From the NCBI GenBank assembly GCA_002104905.1, contig MCFE01000384.1, positions 1-64,000 on the forward strand: a stretch of 64,000 bases of DNA, given 5' to 3'. The notes below the pieces were generated by a model. That model was not told the DNA's origin. It did not search any database and saw only the letters and a list, made by a program, of their open reading frames with translations. The translations under genes were made by a program, and so were the position numbers. Positions 1-9,185 of this stretch are shown piece after piece; positions within the stretch are counted from its first letter, which is position 1, and the number at the start of each line of letters is the position of its first letter. Source of the DNA: Basidiobolus meristosporus CBS 931.73 (lineage: Eukaryota; Fungi; Basidiobolomycota).

Positions 1-317
1 TTGAAGGCAGGTGCAGTGATCAACTGCTAATCAATAAGGTAGAAGTGTTACTGATAGAAGGGATGATTTATTGATGAGGGATTGCTTTCCCTTAAATACT
101 TTTCCTGATTGCCAAGTGATTACTAATGACAAGGTTCTAGAAGATTCTAGGTATCAGTGGAATTCTTGATGACATCACTATGAGCTAAAAATATGCCAAG
201 AATGTCCTGGAAGGTTCTAAAAGGCACAGCACTCTCAACCAATCAGGAATCAGTAGTCTGAAACCTGTGCAACATAGAAATACCATATATGGTATTGAAA
301 TGGTAGAGATGGTAACA
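1..317 (-). mobile_element. Probable LTR fragment running off the window edge
   Basis: The minus strand starts TGTTACC at 317, then shows a TATA-like GTATTTAAGG and an AATAAA. It is non-coding, CpG-poor and sits in the TE block. The other end is not visible. Confidence 0.35.
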
Positions 318-569
318 CAGACCTAGGTCATGTGTCACGGGTACTGACGCGGGTACTTGCCTTATACAGATACATCAACTGATCACAAAGCTGAATAACA
401 TCTGGGATAACTAATGCTAATAACTAATCAGGGTAAACATCATATGGGGATAATACTGATAATATGGGCAAAAGAAGAATGGGATAATACTGATAAGATA
501 AAATATGGATAAGTATATCATAATGACTATATGAATAAACTTGTCTGTGGGAGGTATGTTTACCCTACC

Positions 570-1338
570 ACAGCGCTGGCTTCTTTGTTTCAACTGAAAT
601 AAAGATTTCACCTGTTGGTGACTGTCTCCCCCCCTGACCCACCAAGAACACTTAGCCTTGTGGTTATCCCTAACCCTTCCATACCCATGGTTGTGGGTTC
701 AAATCCTGGATCCAGCAAAATTTGATAATTAATTTATGTGTGCTCATTGGGAGATGGTTTGATCAACCATTGGGCAAAGTAAAGGCTCTGATCGGCTGAA
801 ATCCTTGAAATGCTAATTGGCCAGATTTGCCTAGTAAATTTGGCCAGTGATTGCCCAGAAATTCTTCTCAGTTCCCCCAGTCTACTGGCCATTCCAGCCA
901 CAATTCAGCTACTGCAAACCAGTATAAATTAGCTCAGATATATTCAGATTCTCACTTCTGAGGCCTGGCTTTGCAGGAAACCACTCTCAGACCTAGCTAA
1001 CTAGGAAATATAGTACCACTCAGCTTCTTAACTCTCAGACCTGGCTTACCAGGAAGATATCTTGCAGACCTAGCTTTCTAGGAATTAAATCAGATTAACT
1101 CGGCTTCTTTAGATACTTGTCATAAGTAAATAAAGATTTCACCACTTGGTGACTTTCTTCCCCCTATGGTGATTATTATCCCCCATACCCTTTGATATTG
1201 AGGATATTTGGGATACAGCCAAGTCCAAGCTTGTCTTGTAGGCTTACTGCATCTCAGTTATTCATATTCAGACTTGGCTTCTTTATTTATAATTTAAATA
1301 AAGATTTCACCCTGTGGTGATTATCATCACACCTAACC
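570..1338 (+). mobile_element. Unclassified modular non-coding repeat element abutting a Copia integrase remnant
   Basis: Three GGCTTCTTT...AAATAAAGATTTCACC-N4-GGTGA units, tRNA-like A/B boxes (653-706), ATTGG boxes, TATAAA at 923 and four CCTRG-N4-(C/G)YAGG hairpins. The Copia integrase frame stops abruptly at about 1339. Confidence 0.45.
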
Positions 1339-2668
1339 CATAGGTCCACATAGATCTGAGTGAATCAGATCTAATTTTTTCTTAGTTTTGATCAACCCAG
1401 AGCTCATGAATGGTTGTCTGGCTTGTTTCCCATATATGCAGCCTTCACAGAGCTCCAAATTAGCTGGGGGATCATTTTACTCCAGAAATAAGTTGATCTT
1501 TGATTGTTTTGCACAAATAATCAAAATTGATGTGCCAAAACAACAGTTTTTTCTTCATTTAAGTCACTTACATTGGCTTCTAAACATGATGGAATATAAG
1601 TCAACTTGTATAGACTCTGATCTCTGATACCCAAAGCAATATGAGCACCATTTTGATCAGTGATCTTGCATCCAGAATTGTCAAAGCTGAAACTGAGTCC
1701 TTCTGCACTGGCCTTGCTTACAAATAGTAGGTTCTTGGCTATTTCTGATACATAGAGTACTTCTATGGAGGTCAGTGTGTGGCTTCCTTCACTGCTTCTT
1801 AAGTTTACTTGGATAGTTCCTTCTCCCACTGCATCAAGTGTTATATTGTCATCCAAGAAAACCTTCTCAATTGGGATTTCTTGATATTGGGTAAAAAGTT
1901 CTTTTTGGTGTGTGAAGTGTTGAGATGCTCCAGAGTCAATATACCCCATCTAAAATCCTTGTTTGTGGTCATATTTAGTGAAGATATGAATAGTCTATCT
2001 TCAATTGTTGCAGCATTTCCATATTCAGGCTTTTTGTGCAGACTATCTTTCTTTTTGAAGCACCGGTCTAATATGTGTCCTTTCCTTTTGCAGTAGTTGC
2101 AAAACAGGTTGCTGTTGACTTTGTAGGGTCTTGGGTACCTCCTTTGTTGGCTATCATTGCTTATTAAAGCATTTTCTTCTTCCTTCTTATTGGCGCTTGA
2201 TTTTCTTAATTCTTCATCTAGGAGCCTTCCATATACGTAATTTGAGGTCAAATCTTCAGTTCTGGACTCTAGGGCTGATACAAGGCCCTGAAGCTTGTCT
2301 GTCAGGCTATTCCAGATGATAACTATCACATCCTCATCAGTAGTTGGTATGCCCACAGATTCCATTTCATCAACCAGCAGGGTAATTCTGTTAATTAGAT
2401 TTTTCATTTCTTCTCCTGGCAGCATCTGTGTAGTAAAGATTTTTTGTCTCAGGTACATTTTCATGTTCCAGGTACCTGATATTTTGGTGAAGATATTCTA
2501 AATAAATCCCAACAAGGTAATTGGTCAGTATTCTCTAGGATTTGAGGGTAATGATCCTAGTGACTAAGTTAGGTGAATATTTAGGCGGAAATACAAATTT
2601 TTACAACAGCTATATCCATCCAGCTTTTCAACAGAAAGAAAAGTTTCAGTAATAGCAGTAGTAGACAT
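1339..2668 (-). mobile_element. Degenerate Ty1/Copia gag-protease-integrase (5' part)
   Basis: gag start MSTTAITETFLSVEKLDGYS; gag body YLRQKIFTTQM; zinc knuckle CNYCKRKGHILDRC; protease YIDSGASQH; integrase N-terminus ELCEGCIYGKQARQPF...LDLIHSDLCGPM. Frameshifted, interrupted and truncated. Confidence 0.92.
2455..2608 (-). mobile_element. Truncated Copia LTR copy inserted into gag
   Basis: Begins TGTTGTAAAAATTTG and aligns by eye with the LTRs at 2700-3063 and 3611-3778. It joins gag through a shared AAAAT. Confidence 0.8.
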
Positions 2669-2699
2669 TGCAGAGAGTAATAGCTTGGGGCTCATAGCC

Positions 2700-3063
2700 T
2701 GTTGTAAGAGTTTTGGAGATATTGGAAGTGATTGGGAGAACAAGTAGATTATGTGGCTTTCACATAATGATTGATTGAATGTAAAAGTAGTATTTATACT
2801 TTTACATGGTCTTGGCATAACAAACATGTATAATAGGCTTAGGAAGGTTCTAAGAACATGTGTGCAACATTTGGGGCTGTTTGGACAACTTATCTAATTT
2901 TCATGTTCTGGGTAAATATTCCAAGTAAATCTTCATGTTCTGGATAAATATTTCAAGTAAATCCCAACAAGGAATTTGGTCAGTATTCTCTAGGATTTGA
3001 AGATAATGATCTAAGTGACTAAGTTAGGTGAATATATAGGTGGATATACAAATTTTTACAACA
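2700..3063 (-). mobile_element. Complete 364-bp Copia 5' LTR with PBS
   Basis: 8-bp terminal inverted repeat TGTTGTAA...TTACAACA and internal TATAAAT. It is followed at once by GGCTATGAGCCCC (copia-type GGTTATGGGCCC PBS variant) and the gag ATG at 2668. Confidence 0.88.
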
Positions 3064-3200
3064 GAAACATGGATGATGGTGGTCTAAGAATTAGCTAACT
3101 GGTTTAATTGAATAGTACAGTATAGGGCCACAACTGACAAGTGTTGTTTAGAATCCTCAGCCTGCATCAGGTACTCTATTTATATATAGGACCACTGTGC
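3064..3200 (-). mobile_element. End of a 5' LTR plus PBS of a second Copia-like family, interrupted by the 364-bp LTR
   Basis: The minus strand reads TATATATAAATAG ... TGTCA then GTTGTGGGCCC (PBS-like), then an ATG at about 3070 that is cut by the TGTTG LTR start. Confidence 0.5.
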
Positions 3201-3270
3201 TTCAATTTTTCAAAGCTCTAATCAGCATACTCTAGTTTTACATCTGGGATTATTTTTATCACTTTATTTA

Positions 3271-3599
3271 TCTGCAATAGCAGCCTGTGAAGCTACAAAA
3301 GAAGCAATGTGGCTAAGGAAGCTTTTTACAGATTTAGGCCCATGTCAAAAAATGCCTATTACTTTATTTCAAGATAACCAAGGATGTATACAATTAGGTA
3401 GAAATCCAACTTTTCATGCTAAAGCTAAGTACATATATATTGACATCAACTTATATGTGAAGCTATTGAGAATAACTTAGTTGGTTTAGTTTACTGTCCT
3501 TCAGATGAAATGATTGCAGACATATTCACCAAACCATTTGCTAGAGACAAGTTTGAATATCATAGGTCAAAATTAGGACTAGTCAGTGTGAATATTTAG
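3271..3599 (+). mobile_element. Copia RNase H C-terminal remnant
   Basis: AIAACEATKEAMWLRKLF...QDNQGCI...TFHAKAKYI and, after a frameshift, YCPSDEMIADIFTKPFARDKFEYHRSKLGL. Followed by a polypurine tract. Confidence 0.9.
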
Positions 3600-3778
3600 C
3601 AGAGTGGGAGTGTTGTAAAAATTTGGAATTCCACCTAAATATTTACCTAACTTAGTCACTTGGATCATTACCTACAAATCTCTGAGAATACTGACCAAAT
3701 CTCTTGTTGGGACTTGCTTAGAATATTTTCACCAAAATACTCAGTACCCAGAGCATGAAAATTTGATAAGTTGTCCAA
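3600..3778 (+). mobile_element. PPT and truncated 3' LTR of the same Copia family, opposite orientation
   Basis: AGAGTGGGAG directly precedes TGTTGTAAAAATTTG at 3611. Similarity to the 2700-3063 LTR ends after GATAAGTTGTCCAA at about 3778. Confidence 0.85.
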
Positions 3779-4594
3779 TATCTGCTGGACTCTTGCAACA
3801 TTAAGGACATACAGATTTGTAAGCAATCTGTATATAACAGCAGGTAGCATATACTTGCTGATACTAATACCTTAGTTGATAGGAAGTGCTGTAAGCATTT
3901 AGTCTACACTTGGACCACTTGTAGAGCATAAGATTCCTCTTCACTTACTGCTAAGTTGTGGTCTATCCACCCCAGATTTAGGTTGTCAAATTTTAGCCAA
4001 CTCCCAGAACCAGGGAAGGTCTGGAAGTTGATATTATGTTCCTGCTAGTCCAAAGGCTCACAGACTTTGCATACAGTGCCTTGAGGCATTTCTATTTCAT
4101 GCTAATTATTAACTCCAAAAAGTTTTCTTAAAAATATTAGTACTCTGTTTAAAACCAATAAAAAAAAGATAAGTTTGATGCAATTCTTCTATTTCTCCAA
4201 GTCACCTCCAGTACTTTCATGAGTCTTGCAACAGCCAATGATGGACTTGAATACCACAACTAGACTTATCTCAATAGTATAAAAGTCTATGAGGCCTACA
4301 ACCCAGAGTATCCCTGTACCTGCAAAACTTGCCCCCACCTTTCATTGCCCCCACAAAGCACTCCCCAGCACTTGCCTATTGCATGTCCAAGTAAGCAGTC
4401 TCAAAAGCTACTGGTGACCACATTCTAAAATCTCCCTTCAAACACTGCTTCTAGCCACAACATGATTATTTATGCTTACTGAGGCTATGTCCTAACAAGA
4501 TGAGTTTACTGCTACTACCGTTTTACAAGCATTGTGTTGTGCAAAGCAGGGCTTCAGGTTAGCCAAATTCATTAATATCAATCAGAGTGAGCAA

Positions 4595-4885
4595 TCAGCA
4601 TCTGTCTCCCTTACAGGTCTTGTAGGTTTCTAGACTACTATAGCAATTCCCGTTTCCACAGCATCTGACGGTTCGGTTATCTTTGGCCCACAGAGTAATG
4701 CAGTCAGTAACAGCACATCCGCTACCCGAAGCACATCTGGCTGGCGTATCGAGTGATTGACACTGGTTCGATATATGGGAGAATCTGTAACCAGTACAGT
4801 CAGCATTTGTGTAGACCTTGAATTCACAAGCAGCATCCACAGTAAGAGCACATATAAGCAGAGCAATGACGGCGGAAATCTTCAT
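4595..4885 (-). CDS. Small secreted cysteine-rich protein (96 aa), orphan
   Basis: Signal peptide MKISAVIALLICALTVDA and 11 Cys in the mature part. A canonical 5'-UTR intron (4891-4953, GTAAGT...TAG) and a TATA-like TATATAAG near 5010 support a real gene. Confidence 0.8.
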   Translation of the reverse strand: MKISAVIALLICALTVDAACEFKVYTNADCTGYRFSHISNQCQSLDTPARCASGSGCAVTDCITLWAKDNRTVRCCGNGNCYSSLETYKTCKGDRC

Positions 4886-6039
4886 GATTACTATGACAAG
4901 AAGGCGGTATGATTAAGTAATGTTGTGCGAGCAGAAAAGAGAAGAAAACTTACGGTTTCTGTATATTGTAAAAGCTGGTACACTCTTCTGGGTCTCAAAA
5001 CTAGACTTATATATAGCTGAGTCTCATGGTCTATCAGCAAAATTAACTTGGTTATACACAGTGCTCTGTAGCTTTCTCACATTAGAGAGCCCAAACTTCG
5101 CTTCATAGCTGTTGGTATCACCACTTGCACTAATCAGAACTGCGGGCAAATGTACACCAACTATCTTATTCTTGTATGAATTGGGGAATTAATAGAGCTT
5201 CATGTACATCATGGTGAACAAAAGACCGCTTAATTCACCCACTGAGTGTGTGAAAAGTTGATCACCACAAATATAGTGATGATCGCTATATCAAGTTTAC
5301 ATGTGTTAGAGAATGAAAACCAATGCGTAGCCAAGAGCGAACAAAACCTTGCACAACTGATAATCCAACATTGTATCATCTGGCACAAGAGCCGGTTCTA
5401 ACTGGAAATGGAACAAAGCGCAGTGTAAATGCGGTCGTGCTGAATAAACCAGTTTTTCACATCTATGTAACAAAATATCAAGCTTTCACCCCATCATAGG
5501 GTATGAAGCACACTACTCCGGCTCAGTGGTCTGGGGTGCTGTTTCTGTCAACTATTTCAAAATATAAGTGAATGAATTTGTGGCAATGAAATGAGGAATG
5601 CCTTTTCAAATAAAAACTCGCACATGGACTCTTGGCATTATGACTACTGTAAGCCACAACTTGACATGCCATCCGTTGTAAGTGACCTTGTCCGGAAATG
5701 TAGGATTTTTAAACATCACTATTTGTTAATTTTGATAGAACTAAAATTTGACTGGCTGTTGAAATATCGGGATACAATCACTAATCAATGGAATGCTTGC
5801 AGTGGTAGTGACAAGTATTATTATCATGCATAGATTACGAAACCACCCTCTTTCTTGCACCAACTAATGATTGATACGTACTTTGTGTGATTACAAAGCC
5901 AATATTTTCTCTGATCTCGCTACTAAATATGGGGAACAGGAAATTAAGCATCAACCCTTCTGAGCAATTTCACAGCCTCAAGTATGTTCTATTCATGCAA
6001 AACTCATCCAATGATTACTTATCAAATTATCAACAGCAT

Positions 6040-7103
6040 TTATTTGAGGAACACCTTACTATACTCCTTAAGCTTTACATCATTATTCTTTATATAGCTG
6101 GCAAAGCCAGGATGGTTCTGAACATTTTGGACCATCTTCCAAAGAGCTGGGCTTTTAGATGATGAGAATAACTCTTCTCCAGAATACGCATTGACAATTC
6201 TGATCATCTGGGCATTCAAGAACTCCGCCAGAGTGAACTGCAGTTCTTCGTAAATAGTGGTTGGAGGCAACAATGGCAAATGATCTGGCAAACCTCATCC
6301 CGCAAGTAAAACCCGTTATTTCCATTCTTACTGAGGATTTCTTCCTGATACTTGATATATTTGGGGAGTACAACCTGAAGAAAGTTCTCAGCGGCTTTCT
6401 CCTATATTGATGGTTACGTGAAACTTGCATTTTGAGGAGTAAAGAGGAAGCATTTACCTTTGCCTCTCCTTCCAGGTCGAATCTGGTAAAAAACTTCTCG
6501 GTCATAGCATCTATATATCTAATGTTAGCAGTGCTTATCACTCTGTAAAGCCTCCTCAACCACACCTACTTCCATTATCACAGATGCTATCCAAGAAAGC
6601 AGCCTCTTGAAGGTCCTTTCCGAGGTAACCTAAATGCCGCAATTTAGTCGAAAGGTTGAAACTAGTGACTATTTTGGCACCAACCATATTTTCTTGCAAT
6701 GTACCGTTCAATTGCATGAGATTCACCTAAGATGAATTTCTGTCTCCGTAGAGCTCTTTTAGCATCTAAGACGATAAACTTGATAAACCGACAAGCGTTA
6801 CCGAGCCATCCTCCTTAGTTTCAACTATGTAAGGGAGCTGGCCAAAGGGCGCCGTCATCTGAACCTTTTCCCACTCGGTCCACTACATCACGAAAGCTAT
6901 CTCAGAAATGAACAAAGATACCATCCAACCAGCAATGAAATCAACCTTGACATCCTTGATTTCATGCGGGACCTGTGGAGAGAATGGTCAGTTCAATGTC
7001 GATATCACTTAAAAAGCCAAGGTACCCCAGAATGGAGAAAGAGAAGTTTAGTGGCTTCAGCTCGGCCAGGGATTTCAAAGTAGGATAGTTCGAAAGTAGA
7101 CAT
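6040..7103 (-). CDS. Glutathione S-transferase, Tyr-type/sigma-like (~219 aa, 7 introns)
   Basis: Manual splice gives MSTFELSYFEIPGRAE..., APFGQLP, GESHAIERYIARKYG, NGFYLRDEFTLAEF. All seven introns are GT-AG and keep the frame. Confidence 0.88.
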
Positions 7104-8111
7104 AGTAAGTGAGGACAATCCATGTCGGAGGGACACAGGGCTTTTATAATGGAATTGAAGGCACGATTTCTCCGCAGTTATGATGCAGATCCGAATGACG
7201 ATTCAGCTTAGCGTTTAATGCGTTGATAAGCGCATGAAATATTGGAATCTAAGCCCATCCAAGATCTAGCTGATAGGTGTGCATTGGCGATATTCTCGTA
7301 TCAAGTTTTTGCATCCAATGCTCTGGTTAATAATTCTACATCGAGAGCCACTACCTCAATCCTATTGTGCGTTTTTTGTAATGATGTAGAGTAGGCAACT
7401 GTTTGAGAATTTTATAAAATCAACCAACAATGCCGGTCTGTTATTAGCCTATATCTTTCAAATTGGTTTGAATTGATTTTTCATTTTTTGGACCTCTTCA
7501 TGAGAGAAAGTCGCTGGCTACAGTACAAACATGATCCTTTTTCTCACTCGTTGAAAATACAATAACCCACAATGAGCACAAGTTAGCCTTGAAGATCGGT
7601 ATCTCCTTCGTTAGACAGTGTAGGACAGTGGTATCTTACGAAGATACATCATAGGGGTATATCACAGAGATGTAATTAACCCTCCATAATCTGGCAAATC
7701 AGGTTGAAATGGCCACGAACACGAGAGATGTCAATGACTGATTGTTGGAAATGTGGGTTCATATGCTGTACTTGAAGATAGAATGCGGCAGTAATCGTAC
7801 CTTAATTCTGATAAACTGTGCAAGGTAAATCAACTTCGATTAAGTATAGCAAGTCGTGTGAACTGTTTTTATAGTTGCTTTCGCTATTTCTCATTTCACA
7901 AATAGCGGAAATTGCGAATTCATGACATAACATTGGCTGGATTCAATGCACGTTTGCATATAAAACCGGTTCGAGTAGCGTATGGCAATAACCAGCATAA
8001 TGCCATTATTTCTAGTACACATGTTATACAAGATGTGTATTTTCACAAAGTGTTCTTTACCAAAGCCTCGAATATGACACCAGTCACGGTTCTTTTGCTG
8101 ATTTTGTTGAA

Positions 8112-8118
8112 TATAAAA
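8112..8118 (+). promoter_or_regulatory. TATA box of the secreted-protein gene
   Basis: TATAAAA about 50 nt upstream of the ATG at 8169; AATAAA lies just after the stop. Confidence 0.45.
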
Positions 8119-8168
8119 GTCGGCAGTTTGGTTGAAGGAAGTATCACCACTATCACGGTACCTCGACT

Positions 8169-8564
8169 ATGAAACTCTCCTCCTTGATCCTCGCAGCTGG
8201 GCTCTTCTGCAGCAGCGCTACCGCTGCAAAGTGGCATTTCTATCTTACCTCCAAGGGTTCCTACTATGTCCCTGGTGGGGATGCCTACATGGATTTTGCC
8301 AACGGTGAGGGCTACAAATGCTCTGATAGATGGGCTTTCAATGTGAAGAACACCTGGAGCGACATGGTCAGTAGAACCCCATCCTACCACTGTGGTGGCA
8401 CTTGGGGATGGGATTTTGACAACTACAAGCAGACTGGGAACCAGTATGTAGGCTACAAGGCCTCGGTTGATGTGATTGTCTACTATGCCAACACATCTAG
8501 AAGAAAGAATGGAGTTCCAGTTGTCTATACTGGATTGTCCCACACTGTTGACGTTGACTTATAA
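8169..8564 (+). CDS. Secreted aromatic-rich protein (131 aa), orphan, intronless
   Basis: Signal peptide MKLSSLILAAGLFCSSATA. The mature part has 5 Trp, 12 Tyr and 2 Cys. TATA and poly(A) signals flank it. Confidence 0.8.
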   Translation: MKLSSLILAAGLFCSSATAAKWHFYLTSKGSYYVPGGDAYMDFANGEGYKCSDRWAFNVKNTWSDMVSRTPSYHCGGTWGWDFDNYKQTGNQYVGYKASVDVIVYYANTSRRKNGVPVVYTGLSHTVDVDL

Positions 8565-9185
8565 TGATAAAGAATAAATCTTTGGGCTAAATGTTATTGG
8601 CGTTCTCATTATCCCGTTACCACAGATTATCAAGTAGGAGAAGGAACCCCAAACCTTTGATTGCTGAACTTCTTTTAGAAAGAGTTTCTTCATTATGCAT
8701 AGAGAAACAAGCGCAACCCATCTTTTTTTGTAGTACAAACAAGCAGAATTCTTTTACTGCTAACAAGTAGGTATAAGGGCTATACAGCATAAAATTCAAA
8801 GCTCAATACCATTGGAATAGTTGAGGTAATGTGGGTGTATGATTGTTAAAAATCAAGATAAGCCACTAGCGCAAATGTAAGTTTAACGTTGAGAAGCGGG
8901 ACCTATTGGTAGAATAAAATTTCAATTGGTATTTGCTAATCATGTTTACAGGTAAAATACGTGGCTGAGGTCTATGCGTAGTGGGGTAATTTTGGCAGGT
9001 TTATCAACTCTACATAGCATCATTATATGTAATGGCAAATAACGGATATAGGTAGGTTTTGAATCTTTCAACTTCCAGTTCTAATTGCTTACATTGGTTC
9101 GTCCCACACAGCTGATGTCGACAAAGTGTCCATTTGAGGTTTATTTTCCTAAAACATTCCTATTATATTACATAATATACATCAG

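Noticed and set aside
1352-1372. 8-bp palindrome AGATCTGA-GTGAA-TCAGATCT
   Set aside because: It is the Copia integrase codons for LDLIHSDL on the minus strand, so the dyad is incidental.
3779-4560. Cys/His-rich fragments (CCKHLVY, VPASPKAHRLCIQC, CTCKTCPH) hinting at a SWIM or CxC/KDZ transposon remnant
   Set aside because: Many stops and no continuous motif. CpG loss suggests TE origin, but no family can be supported without an HMM search.
6155-6565. 136-aa ORF that at first looked like a transposase fragment
   Set aside because: It is a read-through of GST exons and introns.
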